Below are positions 48,365-59,288 of a stretch of DNA of 64,000 nt, piece by piece. The notes under the pieces are model-generated. The model was not told the origin of the DNA. It ran no database searches and saw only the letters and a program-made list of their open reading frames with translations. Location: NCBI GenBank assembly GCA_045642345.1, contig JAZUIS010000036.1:313-64312 (forward strand), written 5' to 3'. The DNA is from Lachnospiraceae bacterium. Its GTDB lineage: Bacteria > Bacillota > Clostridia > Lachnospirales > Lachnospiraceae. Position numbers and translations under genes: made by a program. Position 1 is the first letter of the stretch, and every line of letters starts with the position of its first letter.

Positions 48365-49555
48365 TTAATTGTTTACACTAACAATATTACCTTTATATGT
48401 TTTGCCGTCAACGAGAATTTCGTCACCTTCTTCCACAATACAAATCATGGTTTTACCATCGTTTAACTCAATCTCATTTCCTTTATCATCATAGTATCTT
48501 GTTGCACCGTAATCGGATTTCTTTTCCCAGGTAACGTGTATACCTTTGCCATTGGTAAAATACCATCCGTCGTGGGTGGTGTCGTGACATCTGAATGCCA
48601 GATATCCCTTTTGATCTCGAACTTCATAATAGGTATTCTGAACAATTACATTCTTAAATTTAAGTTGTTCATTGTTAGCTAAATCAACATGCGGTTCATC
48701 CGCACCCTTAATAAAATGCTGATATCTTGCATAAAGACCGGTTTCTTCTTCGTAAACAAGATATGAATTGGTCATAGGATACGCTTCGGAAAAATCAATT
48801 TTTCCGGCCTTAAAAGCAGATGGATACTGCTCAAGGGTATTGGGATTTCCTACAGGAGCAAATTTAAAATGCTCAGGGTCCGAATAGCCTTCGCGGTATT
48901 CAAGTGAAATTCCCAGGTCGCTGCAGGCTTCTTTGATTCGTTCTGCAGAAGTAAATGCATTATCGGAATCGTTTTTGGCCTGTTCACGATATGTAAGATC
49001 GGTATAAGCGTTATTATATTTTCCTATGTCGGGCTGTGAAATGCAGTCAATATTGTCCGTATCTTTACGGCCTATTACGTCATATATGTAAAAGGGACCG
49101 CCATAATGGATAAAGATAGAATCCCATTCGAACGACCAATAAGTGAAGTAATCACGACCGCTTCGTATATTACCTATTTTTTCTTTATCCTGCCAGTTGT
49201 CGATGATGGCCATTAATCTTGTCATGTCACCTTCAACATTTATTTCATACAGTATATCTGCATCTGATATTCCGTACTGACTTGCAGTATTTGAATTTGG
49301 AATCATAACTGCAATCGGACGCAAGTTGTTCTGGGCTTCATCAATCCATTCATTGGTAAGTCTGCTTCTGACCATTCCTTCGGCAGGAGGCGTATCGAGA
49401 GACTCGGTTGCACTGTCATCCGCAGGCTGTTCCGGAGCCGGAGTCTCAATAATAGGCTCAACAATTACTTGGGGGACGGGTTTTTGCTGACCGCATCCGG
49501 ATATTAAAAGCGCAAAAGTTATAGGTAATAGCAAGAGAACTTTAGGTTTTTTCAT
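48365..49555 (-). CDS. DUF3048-like lipoprotein (YerB-like)
   Basis: Lipobox LISGC. The family assignment is from memory of YerB-like sequences (IAVMIPNS...GISDADILYE..VEG..TRLMAI). Confidence 0.65.
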   Translation of the reverse strand: MKKPKVLLLLPITFALLISGCGQQKPVPQVIVEPIIETPAPEQPADDSATESLDTPPAEGMVRSRLTNEWIDEAQNNLRPIAVMIPNSNTASQYGISDADILYEINVEGDMTRLMAIIDNWQDKEKIGNIRSGRDYFTYWSFEWDSIFIHYGGPFYIYDVIGRKDTDNIDCISQPDIGKYNNAYTDLTYREQAKNDSDNAFTSAERIKEACSDLGISLEYREGYSDPEHFKFAPVGNPNTLEQYPSAFKAGKIDFSEAYPMTNSYLVYEEETGLYARYQHFIKGADEPHVDLANNEQLKFKNVIVQNTYYEVRDQKGYLAFRCHDTTHDGWYFTNGKGIHVTWEKKSDYGATRYYDDKGNEIELNDGKTMICIVEEGDEILVDGKTYKGNIVSVNN

Positions 49556-49706
49556 AATTAATGCCTCTTAACTTTATTTGCGTAAATTTTGTTTAAAAAA
49601 TTATAGCAATATAGTAGGAATAATACAAGCAATGCTTGTTTATATGGGGCGAAAATAGTAAAATAATGAAGGTATATATAAAATTAGGAAGGCTGTGTCT
49701 TTTTTT

Positions 49707-50579
49707 ATGAAAAAAATAATTATCACAGGATGTAACGGACAACTCGGAAGAGCGATAAACGGCTTGTATTCAAGCGATTCGGAGTATGAATTGGTTAATA
49801 CGGATTTTGGCATTGAAGGAATTCCAAGTCTTGATATTTCCAATTTGGATGATGTTATTTCTTTTTTTGATGAAACAAAACCCTATGCAGTTATTAATTG
49901 CGCGGCAATGACAGCGGTAGATTTGTGTGAAGTTAAGCAGGATATGGCATACAGAATCAATGCTTTGGGACCGAGAAATCTGGCAATTGCTTCTTCAAAA
50001 GTCGGAGCAAAACTTATGCATGTATCTACGGATTATGTCTTTAGAGGTGACGGTGACAAACCCTATACGGAATTCGATACGCCTAATCCGATTTCAATGT
50101 ATGGCAAATCAAAACTGGCAGGTGAGAATTTCGTTCGACAGTTTTGCGATAAGTCTTACATAATTCGTACAGCGTGGCTTTACGGTGATGGTAAGAACTT
50201 TGTTAAGACCATGTTAAGACTTTCGGAAAACCACGATAAAGTTACGGTTGTTAACGATCAGCTCGGCTCGCCTACTTCTGCCGAAGAACTGGCAAAGGCA
50301 ATAAAGTCTTTGGTGCCCACTGAGAATTACGGATTGTTCCATGGTACTTGTGAAGGAATCTGTTCCTGGGCAGACTTTACCAAGGAAATATTCAGACTTG
50401 CGGGCAAATCAACAGAAGTAATTCCGGTTACTTCAAAGCAGTATAAGCAGATGAATCCTGATTCGGCAGACAGACCGAAGTATTCGGTTCTCGAAAACTA
50501 TATGTTCAAGCTTACAGGCGGATATATGTATGCAGACTGGCACGATGCAATTGAGAAGTATTTAAAGGAGATGAATTAA
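49707..50579 (+). CDS. rfbD: dTDP-4-dehydrorhamnose reductase
   Basis: MKKIIITGCNGQLG Rossmann start, STDYVF and the Y...K catalytic pair (YGKSKLAGE). The track start at 49695 (GTG) is less likely. Confidence 0.85.
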   Translation: MKKIIITGCNGQLGRAINGLYSSDSEYELVNTDFGIEGIPSLDISNLDDVISFFDETKPYAVINCAAMTAVDLCEVKQDMAYRINALGPRNLAIASSKVGAKLMHVSTDYVFRGDGDKPYTEFDTPNPISMYGKSKLAGENFVRQFCDKSYIIRTAWLYGDGKNFVKTMLRLSENHDKVTVVNDQLGSPTSAEELAKAIKSLVPTENYGLFHGTCEGICSWADFTKEIFRLAGKSTEVIPVTSKQYKQMNPDSADRPKYSVLENYMFKLTGGYMYADWHDAIEKYLKEMN

Positions 50580-51052
50580 TGACTCCTTGGAATGAAATTA
50601 TTCACAATGTTATTTTGGTTGCACCGGTTACCGCATGGTTTATAGCGCAGATATTAAAGACGATTATCCATATGATTTTTAATAAACAGTTTGTTGCGGA
50701 ACGAATAATAGGCGGCGGCGGAATGCCCAGTGCTCATTCGGCAACTGTGTGTGCCTTGGCAACGTCGGTGGCATTTAAATGCGGGCTGTCGACTCCGTTC
50801 TTTGCGATATGTGCAATATTCGCCACCGTAACTATGTATGATGCCATGGGCGTCAGAAGAGAAACCGGACGTCAGGGTGAAGTACTTAACGATTTAATTG
50901 AAATATTCAAGAAAATGGGTAAAGAAGTCGGCCCCGATAAGGCATTAAAGGAACTTATAGGTCACTCACCGTTGCAGGTTTTAATCGGAGCAACATTGGG
51001 AATTATTGTAGCAGTAATTATGTGTAACATGAATTTTTTTGTGGCACAGTAA
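50579..51052 (+). CDS. Divergent PAP2 family membrane protein (DUF212-like)
   Basis: GGMPSAHSA and MYDA.GVRR blocks. Start overlaps the rfbD stop (TAATG). Confidence 0.75.
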   Translation: MTPWNEIIHNVILVAPVTAWFIAQILKTIIHMIFNKQFVAERIIGGGGMPSAHSATVCALATSVAFKCGLSTPFFAICAIFATVTMYDAMGVRRETGRQGEVLNDLIEIFKKMGKEVGPDKALKELIGHSPLQVLIGATLGIIVAVIMCNMNFFVAQ

Positions 51053-51079
51053 TATAAATAATTGAAAGGATATATTTTT

Positions 51080-52144
51080 ATGCAGAAAGTAGCACTTATT
51101 ACAGGTATTACAGGACAGGATGGTTCATATCTTGCTGAGTTATTATTGGAAAAAGGATATGAAGTACACGGCCTTGTCAGAAGACACAGTATTTCAAATA
51201 CAGCAAGAATCGATCATATTCTTAATTCGGAATATAACAAGGTTAAATTCTTCCTTCATTTTGCTGATACTACAGATTCAAGCAATCTTATGAGACTTAT
51301 TGCCGAAATAAGACCGGATGAGGTATACAATCTGGCAGCACAGTCTCACGTAGGAGTTTCTTTTGAAGTTCCCGAGTACACAGCAGAAGCAACAGGTGTA
51401 AGCACCCTTAAACTTCTTGAAGCAATCAGAGTAAACGGCGGAAACTGCAGATACTATCAGGCATCTACATCAGAACTTTTCGGAGGCATTCCGGAGACGG
51501 CTCCTCAGTCGGAGAAGACACCCTTCTATCCTAAGAGCCCATATGGAGTTGCAAAACTTTATTCATACTGGATTACTGTTAATTACAGAGAGAGCTATAA
51601 CATGTTTGCTTGTAACGGTATCTTATTTAATCATGAATCTCCGAGACGTGGAGAGAATTTCGTTACACGTAAGATCACACTTGCAATTGCAAGCATTATG
51701 GCCGGCAAACAGGACAAGTTATCACTGGGTAATATGAATGCAAAAAGAGACTGGGGCTTTGCAGGTGACTATGTTAAAGGTATGTGGATGATGCTCCAGC
51801 AGGATAAGCCTGATGACTATGTATTGTCTACTAATGAAACTCATACAGTAAGAGAATTCGTTGAAGCGGCTTTTGAAACAATCGGCGTTAAAATCCGTTG
51901 GGAAGGTACCGGCGTAGACGAAAAGGGATATGACGATGCTACAGGAAAGTTACTGGTTGATGTAAATCCCGAGTTCTATCGTCCCGCAGAAGTTGAATTC
52001 CTTTGGGGCGATTGCTCTAAAGCGGAAAAAACTCTTGGATGGAAGAAAGATGTTGATTTCAAGGGTCTTGTGTATATGATGATGGATTCTGATATGAAGA
52101 CAATTGTCGGCAAGGGTTGTGAGGAGTTTAAGGCTTCCAAGTAA
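51080..52144 (+). CDS. gmd: GDP-mannose 4,6-dehydratase
   Basis: [31 protein letters not shown] is nearly identical in pattern to the E. coli Gmd N-terminus. Also has the SPYGVAKLY catalytic block. Confidence 0.92.
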   Translation: MQKVALITGITGQDGSYLAELLLEKGYEVHGLVRRHSISNTARIDHILNSEYNKVKFFLHFADTTDSSNLMRLIAEIRPDEVYNLAAQSHVGVSFEVPEYTAEATGVSTLKLLEAIRVNGGNCRYYQASTSELFGGIPETAPQSEKTPFYPKSPYGVAKLYSYWITVNYRESYNMFACNGILFNHESPRRGENFVTRKITLAIASIMAGKQDKLSLGNMNAKRDWGFAGDYVKGMWMMLQQDKPDDYVLSTNETHTVREFVEAAFETIGVKIRWEGTGVDEKGYDDATGKLLVDVNPEFYRPAEVEFLWGDCSKAEKTLGWKKDVDFKGLVYMMMDSDMKTIVGKGCEEFKASK

Positions 52145-52152
52145 TAAGGTAG

Positions 52153-53814
52153 ATGCTATCAGTTTTATTAAGTTGGATATATATAATATTAATCAGCTAC
52201 ATTTGGGGAACTGCTTTCCTTGGCATTATCGGCAGGGAAAGTAGTTACTTTGTTAAGAGCAGACCTGCAGTGTTGCTTGCCGGACTTGGGACTCTTACGG
52301 TATATGCGCAGTTTTTCAGTTTGTTTTACAAGGTGTCGCTTCTTGCGAACGTTGTAATGCTGATTATAACATTGCTGTTTGCGGTACTTTTTTTCGAGAA
52401 ACTTCGAAGGGAAGTTAACAGATTAAAAGAAGAGATAACACTCCCTAAGGCAATACTTATTACAATACTTATTGTTTTGTTTGCATATGGTACTTCAAAA
52501 GGTTTCATGCATTATGATTCGGACTTGTATCATGCACAAAGCATACGTTGGATTGAAGAATTCGGAGTTGTTAAAGGTCTTGGAAATCTGCATACCAGAC
52601 TTGCTTATAACAGTTCCTCATTTTGCCTTTCGGCATTGTTTAGTTTTAGCTTTTTGAAAATTCAGTCGTTCCATACAATCTCCGGACTGTATGCACTGAT
52701 ATTGATGCTGATTTGCCTTAAGCTTTTTACGAAAGACAACTTTTTTAAGGTAAATCTTTCGAATGTTGCAAGAATAGTAGCGCTTTACTATCTGTTTAAC
52801 ATTTTTGACGAAATGGTTGCTCCGGCTTCGGACTATGTAACCATATTAATGGTTTTATCGACAGTAATACTGTTTCTTGATCTTTGGGAAGAAGGCGTGG
52901 ATGATTATTATCCTTATGCATTGCTTTCGCTGCTTGGAGTAATAATCTTTACGACCAAAATATCGGGCGGATTTATAGTACTCATTGCGATTTATCCGAT
53001 TATTGCTTTAATTAAGAACAAAGATATACGTTCTGTAATCAGATTCCTTTTATCGGGAATAATCGCGGTGGTTCCGTTTTTAATAAGGAACTATATATTA
53101 TCGGGATATTTGATTTATCCGGTGTATCAGATTGATTTATTTAATCCGGAGCATAAAATTCCCAATGGTCTGGCCTGGTATGATGCAACGGAAATTAAAA
53201 TGTACGGACGCGGCCACAAAGATATAACCCGTGACGGAGAATCGCTTTTATCCTGGCTTCCGGATTGGTTCAGGAGCCTTGATGCCGTTAACAAAGTATC
53301 TTTTTTGTTGGCGATAGCGGGATTACTGTTACTTGTCGGTCTGATAGTACGGGCAATAATCAAGAAGGAATCTTCGGATTTTAAGAAGTATCTGATAATA
53401 GTTACCGTTAATGTATGTTTTATCGGATGGCTGCTTTCATCACCGCTTATCAGATACGGATGTGTCTTTTTATGGTTATCACCGGCGCTATGCTTGGGGG
53501 ATATTTATATGCTTTTCATATCTAAGCATGATAAGACACTTATATACAAGGCATTTATATGTTTGTTTTTTGTTTATAAAGCAATTTCATTTTCGAAGGA
53601 ATTCGTTACGGAGTTTTCGACGGAGTATATGCTTTGTCAGCAGGATTACGGGAAATTTGAGGCAATAGAGTATACACTTCACGACATGACTTTTTACTAT
53701 CCGATTGAAGGTGACAGGTTAGGTTATGATTATTTTCCTTCAGCGCCTATCAGGGCGGAGGATATTTTTATCGGAAATAGCATAAAAGATGGGTTCAAAG
53801 ATGTGACCCATTAA
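52153..53814 (+). CDS. Large polytopic membrane protein, candidate glycan polymerase/ligase-type protein
   Basis: 553 aa with at least 12 hydrophobic segments and a soluble C-terminal part. It lies between gmd and fcl. The function is inferred from context only. Confidence 0.5.
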   Translation: MLSVLLSWIYIILISYIWGTAFLGIIGRESSYFVKSRPAVLLAGLGTLTVYAQFFSLFYKVSLLANVVMLIITLLFAVLFFEKLRREVNRLKEEITLPKAILITILIVLFAYGTSKGFMHYDSDLYHAQSIRWIEEFGVVKGLGNLHTRLAYNSSSFCLSALFSFSFLKIQSFHTISGLYALILMLICLKLFTKDNFFKVNLSNVARIVALYYLFNIFDEMVAPASDYVTILMVLSTVILFLDLWEEGVDDYYPYALLSLLGVIIFTTKISGGFIVLIAIYPIIALIKNKDIRSVIRFLLSGIIAVVPFLIRNYILSGYLIYPVYQIDLFNPEHKIPNGLAWYDATEIKMYGRGHKDITRDGESLLSWLPDWFRSLDAVNKVSFLLAIAGLLLLVGLIVRAIIKKESSDFKKYLIIVTVNVCFIGWLLSSPLIRYGCVFLWLSPALCLGDIYMLFISKHDKTLIYKAFICLFFVYKAISFSKEFVTEFSTEYMLCQQDYGKFEAIEYTLHDMTFYYPIEGDRLGYDYFPSAPIRAEDIFIGNSIKDGFKDVTH

Positions 53815-53832
53815 GATATAGAGGTGACAAAC

Positions 53833-54774
53833 ATGAATAAAAATGACAAAATTTATGTGGCAGGACATCGCGGTCTTGTCGGAAGTGCAATCGTAAGATC
53901 GCTGGAGCGTTCGGGTTATACGAACGTAATAGGAAGAACTCATAAGGAACTTGATTTGACCAATCAGGCTGCTGTAAGAGAATTCTTCGAAAAAGAAAAA
54001 CCGGATGTAGTAGTTCTTGCAGCTGCTAAGGTTGGCGGAATTAACGCAAACAATACTACTCCCGCAGAATTCGCATACGAAAATATGCAGATTCAATGTA
54101 ATGTAATTGAATCTTGCCATAGATTTAAGGTTAAGAAGCTGCTTTTCTTAGGAAGCACATGTATTTATCCACGTATGGCTCCACAGCCTATTCCCGAGGA
54201 TGCGCTTCTTACAGGACCTTTGGAAGAAACAAATGAGGCATATGCCATCGCTAAGATTTCAGGACTTGAAATGTGTAAGTTCTATAAGAGACAGTATGGT
54301 GATAACTTCATAAGCTGTATGCCGACTAACCTTTACGGACCTCATGATAATTATGATTTATCAGGTTCACATGTTATGCCTGCAATGATTCGTAAATTCC
54401 ATGATGCCAAGGTAGAAGGAAAGCCGTCGGTTGAATTATGGGGTACGGGAACTCCTCTTCGTGAGTTCTTATATGTTGACGATATGGCTGATGCGTGCGT
54501 ATTCCTTTTGGAGAATTATGATGGCGAACAGCATGTTAATATCGGAACAGGCAAGGAAGTAACAATTAAGGAACTTGCAGAAACCGTTAAGAGAATTGTC
54601 GGTTACGAAGGAGAAATCGTATGGAACAAAGATATGCCCGACGGAACTCCTCGTAAACTTACTAATGTAGATAAACTCCATGGACTTGGATTCACTCATA
54701 AGGTTGACCTTGAAGAAGGTGTACAGCTTGCATATGACTGGTTCAAGGAGAATGTCGATCAGGCAAGATTATAA
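53833..54774 (+). CDS. fcl: GDP-L-fucose synthase
   Basis: [17 protein letters not shown] parallels the E. coli Fcl N-terminus. SDR catalytic Y...K is YAIAKISG. Confidence 0.9.
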   Translation: MNKNDKIYVAGHRGLVGSAIVRSLERSGYTNVIGRTHKELDLTNQAAVREFFEKEKPDVVVLAAAKVGGINANNTTPAEFAYENMQIQCNVIESCHRFKVKKLLFLGSTCIYPRMAPQPIPEDALLTGPLEETNEAYAIAKISGLEMCKFYKRQYGDNFISCMPTNLYGPHDNYDLSGSHVMPAMIRKFHDAKVEGKPSVELWGTGTPLREFLYVDDMADACVFLLENYDGEQHVNIGTGKEVTIKELAETVKRIVGYEGEIVWNKDMPDGTPRKLTNVDKLHGLGFTHKVDLEEGVQLAYDWFKENVDQARL

Positions 54775-54791
54775 GATAGGAGACAAAATAG

Positions 54792-57080
54792 ATGGTTAAG
54801 GTATTAAATTCCGGTGCATATTTAGTAAACGGAACTGAAGTAATTGAAGACAGCGCCGAAGCATTAAGCGCCGTAGCTTCAAAAACAGGAAAGACTGTTT
54901 CGAAGGAAGAAGCAGTGAAGAATACAATAGCTTACGGGATTTTGGAAGCTCATAATACTTCCGGAAACATGGATAAGCTTAAGATAAAGTTTGACAAGCT
55001 TACTTCCCACGATATTACGTTCGTAGGAATTATTCAGACAGCAAGAGCTTCGGGTCTTGAGAAGTTCCCGATTCCTTATGTTTTAACAAACTGCCATAAT
55101 TCTTTGTGTGCTGTGGGCGGAACTATTAATGAAGATGACCACATGTTTGGTCTTACATGTGCCAAAAAATACGGCGGTGTTTACGTACCTCCTCACCAGG
55201 CAGTAATTCATCAGTTTGCAAGAGAAATGCTTGCAGGCGGCGGAAAGATGATTCTTGGTTCGGGCTCACACACCAGGTATGGTGCGTTGGGAACAATGGC
55301 TATGGGCGAAGGCGGTCCGGAACTTGTTAAGCAGCTTCTTAACCAGACATATGACATTAATATGCCGGGAATCGTAGGTATTTACCTTATAGGTGAACCG
55401 GTTAAGGGTGTTGGCCCTCAGGATGTGGCATTAGCTATTATCGGAGAAGTCTTTAAGAGCGGATATGTTAAGAACAAGGTAATGGAATTCGTAGGTCCCG
55501 GTGTTTCATCCTTAAGTGCCGATTTCAGAATCGGTATTGATGTAATGACAACAGAAACCACATGCCTTTCTTCTATTTGGAGAACCGATGACACAATTAA
55601 GGAATTCTATGATATTCACGGAAGAAGCGGTGACTTTAAGGAACTTAATCCGGGTCAGGTGGCATATTACGACGGAATGATAACAATCGACCTTAGTACA
55701 ATTAAGCCAATGATTGCTATGCCCTTCCATCCCAGCAATACATATACCATTGAGGAACTTAATGAAAACCTTCTTGATATTCTTGATGATGTTGAGAAGA
55801 AAGCACTTGTATCTCTTGATGGCGCAGTACCATACAGCCTTAAGGAAAAGGTAAGAAACGGTGCATTCTATGTAGATCAGGGTATTATTGCAGGTTGTGC
55901 AGGCGGCGGATTCGAGAACATCTGTGCAGCTGCAGACATTATGAAGGATAAGTATATCGGTTCTGACGGATTTACTTTAAGTGTATATCCTGCCTCTATG
56001 CCGGTATATATGGAATTAATAAGAAACGGTGCAGCCGCAACGCTTATGGAGACAGGTGCTGTTCTCAAAACGGCTTTTTGCGGACCGTGCTTCGGCGCAG
56101 GCGACACTCCTGCCAATAATGCATTCAGTATTCGCCATTCAACTCGTAACTTCCCTAACAGAGAAGGTTCTAAGTTACAGAACGGCCAGATTTCGTCGGT
56201 AGCTCTTATGGATGCACGTTCTATAGCAGCCACAGCGGCAAATAAGGGTAAATTAACTCCTGCAACAGAGTTTGACGGAACATTTAACAAGTATCAGTAT
56301 CATTTTGATTCAAAAATATACGAGAACAGAGTATTTGATTCAAAGGGAGTTGCGGATCCTAACACGGAGATTCAGTTTGGCCCCAATATTAAGGATTGGC
56401 CTAAAATGACATCGCTTCCGGAAAATCTTGTACTTAAGGTAGTATCAGAGATTCACGATCCTGTAACTACAACAGACGAACTTATTCCTTCCGGAGAGAC
56501 TTCATCGTACAGATCAAATCCTTTGGGACTTGCGGAGTTTGCATTGTCACGTAAGGATCCTAAGTATGTGGGAAGAGCTAAGGAAATCCGTAAGGCCGAA
56601 GAAGCATTGATGGAAGGCAAAGATTATATTGAGGCAGTACCGGAACTTAAGGAAGTTATGGATGCCGTAAAGAAGACATTTGCGGATGTTGACAGTTCGA
56701 ATGTGGGATTTGGTTCAACGATATTTGCTGTAAAACCCGGTGACGGTTCTGCAAGAGAGCAGGCGGCTTCATGTCAGAAGGTTCTTGGCGGATGGGCTAA
56801 TATTGCAAATGAATATGCAACAAAGAGATACCGTTCCAACCTGATTAACTGGGGAATGCTTCCGTTTATCATCAAAGACGGTGATCTTCCTTTTGAAAAT
56901 TTGGATTATATCTTTGTTCCAAATATAAAGACAGCTGTGGAAACAAAGACAGACAGTATTGATGCCTATACAGTTAAGAATGGAGAACTTAATAAGTTTA
57001 ATCTTACGTTGGGTGAACTTACCGACGAAGAAAGACAGATTATTCTCAAGGGTTGTTTGATTAATTACAATCGAGTTTAA
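54792..57080 (+). CDS. Aconitase-family hydratase (probable aconitate hydratase)
   Basis: 762 aa. GSGSHT (aconitase GTDSHT-like), a CGPCFGAGD cluster-ligand block and a C-terminal swivel domain with [10 protein letters not shown]. Confidence 0.7.
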   Translation: MVKVLNSGAYLVNGTEVIEDSAEALSAVASKTGKTVSKEEAVKNTIAYGILEAHNTSGNMDKLKIKFDKLTSHDITFVGIIQTARASGLEKFPIPYVLTNCHNSLCAVGGTINEDDHMFGLTCAKKYGGVYVPPHQAVIHQFAREMLAGGGKMILGSGSHTRYGALGTMAMGEGGPELVKQLLNQTYDINMPGIVGIYLIGEPVKGVGPQDVALAIIGEVFKSGYVKNKVMEFVGPGVSSLSADFRIGIDVMTTETTCLSSIWRTDDTIKEFYDIHGRSGDFKELNPGQVAYYDGMITIDLSTIKPMIAMPFHPSNTYTIEELNENLLDILDDVEKKALVSLDGAVPYSLKEKVRNGAFYVDQGIIAGCAGGGFENICAAADIMKDKYIGSDGFTLSVYPASMPVYMELIRNGAAATLMETGAVLKTAFCGPCFGAGDTPANNAFSIRHSTRNFPNREGSKLQNGQISSVALMDARSIAATAANKGKLTPATEFDGTFNKYQYHFDSKIYENRVFDSKGVADPNTEIQFGPNIKDWPKMTSLPENLVLKVVSEIHDPVTTTDELIPSGETSSYRSNPLGLAEFALSRKDPKYVGRAKEIRKAEEALMEGKDYIEAVPELKEVMDAVKKTFADVDSSNVGFGSTIFAVKPGDGSAREQAASCQKVLGGWANIANEYATKRYRSNLINWGMLPFIIKDGDLPFENLDYIFVPNIKTAVETKTDSIDAYTVKNGELNKFNLTLGELTDEERQIILKGCLINYNRV

Positions 57081-57098
57081 TAAGTGAGGTAATTACTT

Positions 57099-58481
57099 TT
57101 GATAAATTGTCCTAATTGTAACGGAAATCTCAAATATGATATTTCGAAGCAGGCAATGCATTGTAAATTCTGTGATTCAAATTTTGATCCGTATGAGTTT
57201 GATAAAAAGAACAGCGACGGTGAAATAAACAGTGATTACGAGACAGTAATTTATACATGTCCGGAATGCGGCGGAGAACTTCAAAGTACGGATAATGATA
57301 TTACGGGATTTTGCCCGTTCTGCGGCGGAGCAACTATTTTCTATCAAAGAATAGAAAAGGAATTAAAACCGGACTATGTTATTCCTTTTATAAAGACGAA
57401 GGAAGATTGTAAAAAGGCATATTTTAAGAAGGTTAAGAAGTCCTGGTTCCTGCCTAAGGAATATAAGGACGAAAAATTCGTCGAAGGATTCAGAGGAATT
57501 TATATGCCTTATTGGTCATATAACATATTCCAGAGAGGTGAAGTAACCATTGAAGGCGAAAAATCACACAGATCGGGTGATTATATAATTCATGACCATT
57601 ACAATGTAACCGGTGATATGGATGCATTTTATAACGGTATTACTTATGATGCATCAAGTTCCTTCGCTGATGATATTTCCGACAAGATAGGTCCCTTTGA
57701 TGTCAAAAAGAAGAAACCCTTTACTGCAGGATTTTTAAGCGGATTCTATGCTGATACAGCAGATGTCGATGCAAGAGTATATATGCAGGAAGCTAAGAAT
57801 TATGCCAATGACAGAACATATGAATCAGTTGACAAGCATCCTGTTTGCGAACCGCTTACAATCAAGAAGGATAATCCTAATAAAGTATTTCATACAGAGT
57901 CCGGAAAAACCGAAAGAACATTGTTCCCGGTATGGTTTATGTCATATCGAAAAAATGACAGAGTTGTATATGCTACCGTTAACGGTCAGACCGGAAAGGT
58001 GGTTGCGGATACTCCTATAGATATTAAGAAGTTCCTTATATTTGCACTTGTACTTGCCGTAGCGATATTCATGGTATTGAATATGATAACGGTTATAACT
58101 CCGCGCACTTCGGTTCTTTGGGTAGGAATTATAGAGGTTGCCACTTTGATATCGTACTTTATTGAATCCAATAAGATATCAAAAAAGGAAAAACTTGTGG
58201 ACGACAGGGGATATAATGCTTCCAATCAAGAGGTTAAAAGTAAGAGACCGGATAGTTATTCCATTAAGAAAGTTCCGATTTTTACCGCGATTGTTGCTAT
58301 CGGATTATGCGCGTTGGCATATTTGATTAATTCGATACATGATGAATTTATGTATGGAACGGCTATGGTTTCGGCTGTGCTTATTACAATAACTTTGTCG
58401 TATCTTATCAAAGAATATAATCTTCTTACCACAAGAAGATTGCCACAATTCGATAAGAAGGGCGGTGATGATCGTGCATAA
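57099..58481 (+). CDS. Double zinc-ribbon membrane protein (hypothetical)
   Basis: TTG start after gaggt. Two CxxC...CxxC ribbons (CPNC..CKFC and CPEC..CPFC), a globular region of about 220 aa, then four TM helices. Confidence 0.65.
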   Translation: MINCPNCNGNLKYDISKQAMHCKFCDSNFDPYEFDKKNSDGEINSDYETVIYTCPECGGELQSTDNDITGFCPFCGGATIFYQRIEKELKPDYVIPFIKTKEDCKKAYFKKVKKSWFLPKEYKDEKFVEGFRGIYMPYWSYNIFQRGEVTIEGEKSHRSGDYIIHDHYNVTGDMDAFYNGITYDASSSFADDISDKIGPFDVKKKKPFTAGFLSGFYADTADVDARVYMQEAKNYANDRTYESVDKHPVCEPLTIKKDNPNKVFHTESGKTERTLFPVWFMSYRKNDRVVYATVNGQTGKVVADTPIDIKKFLIFALVLAVAIFMVLNMITVITPRTSVLWVGIIEVATLISYFIESNKISKKEKLVDDRGYNASNQEVKSKRPDSYSIKKVPIFTAIVAIGLCALAYLINSIHDEFMYGTAMVSAVLITITLSYLIKEYNLLTTRRLPQFDKKGGDDRA

Positions 58482-59247
58482 GAGATTAAGAATCCTGGCA
58501 ACATTATTAAGCGCAGTACTGATGATATGCTCTTTGTCAGTGTTTGCACGAGCAGATTTTAATGAGTATTACGATGATTCGTACGGCTATTGTGTATATA
58601 TCTATGATGAAGCCGAGTTGTTTTCCGACAGGGAGATAGACAAACTGGTCGATGCCATGGAGCCTATAGCCGAGGATTATGGTAATGTTTGTATTCTTAC
58701 ACTTGTTGAGAACGATTATTCAAGTACCGAGCGATATGCCAAAGAATTTACGATAGAGTACTTCGATCGTGAAAATCTGGTACTGTTTATTGTTGATACC
58801 TCCAACAGATATTTGTATTTGAACTTTGATGGTGAAATCTTAAAAAAACTGGGAAGCAGTACAGGCAGTATTATCACAGATAATGTTTATAAGTATGCTT
58901 CGGATGATGACTTTTACGGTTGTGCCGAAGAAGCCATGAAGGAGGTACTTATTAAGCTTGAAGGCGGAAATATTTCTTCGAGCATGAAAATAATGAGTAA
59001 TATCTGCATAGCAATCGTTCTGTCACTTTTAATTACATATTACATAGCAAGAGCATTTTCAACATCCATGAAGGCTTCGGACAGCGAAAAGCTCAACTAT
59101 ATGTTCCATGACTTTAAGTTTACTAATGTAAAAGCAAAACTTGATCATACATCAAGAGAGTATTCGCCTCAGTCTTCGGGAAGCGGAGGCCACGGCGGCG
59201 GTGGCGGCGGCGGCCACGGTGGTGGTGGCGGCGGTCACGGATATTAA
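58465..59247 (+). CDS. TPM-domain protein (YgcG-like) with TM helix and Gly/His-rich tail
   Basis: Signal or anchor sequence, TPM-like core (IYDEAELFSDREIDKL ... LFIVDTSNRYLYL), a TM helix and the C-terminus SGSGGHGGGGGGGHGGGGGGHGY. Start is GTG 58465 or ATG 58468, overlapping the upstream gene. Confidence 0.7.
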   Translation: MMIVHKRLRILATLLSAVLMICSLSVFARADFNEYYDDSYGYCVYIYDEAELFSDREIDKLVDAMEPIAEDYGNVCILTLVENDYSSTERYAKEFTIEYFDRENLVLFIVDTSNRYLYLNFDGEILKKLGSSTGSIITDNVYKYASDDDFYGCAEEAMKEVLIKLEGGNISSSMKIMSNICIAIVLSLLITYYIARAFSTSMKASDSEKLNYMFHDFKFTNVKAKLDHTSREYSPQSSGSGGHGGGGGGGHGGGGGGHGY

Positions 59248-59288
59248 GCTTATGACAAGCAGATTATTAGTTGATGAGAGAGAATGAT

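Noticed and set aside
59165-59245. GGC/GGT-rich near-tandem repeat that might be a simple-sequence contingency locus
   Set aside because: It is in frame and encodes the Gly/His tail typical of YgcG-like TPM proteins. The codons are mixed (ggc, ggt, gga, cac), not a pure slippage-prone tract.
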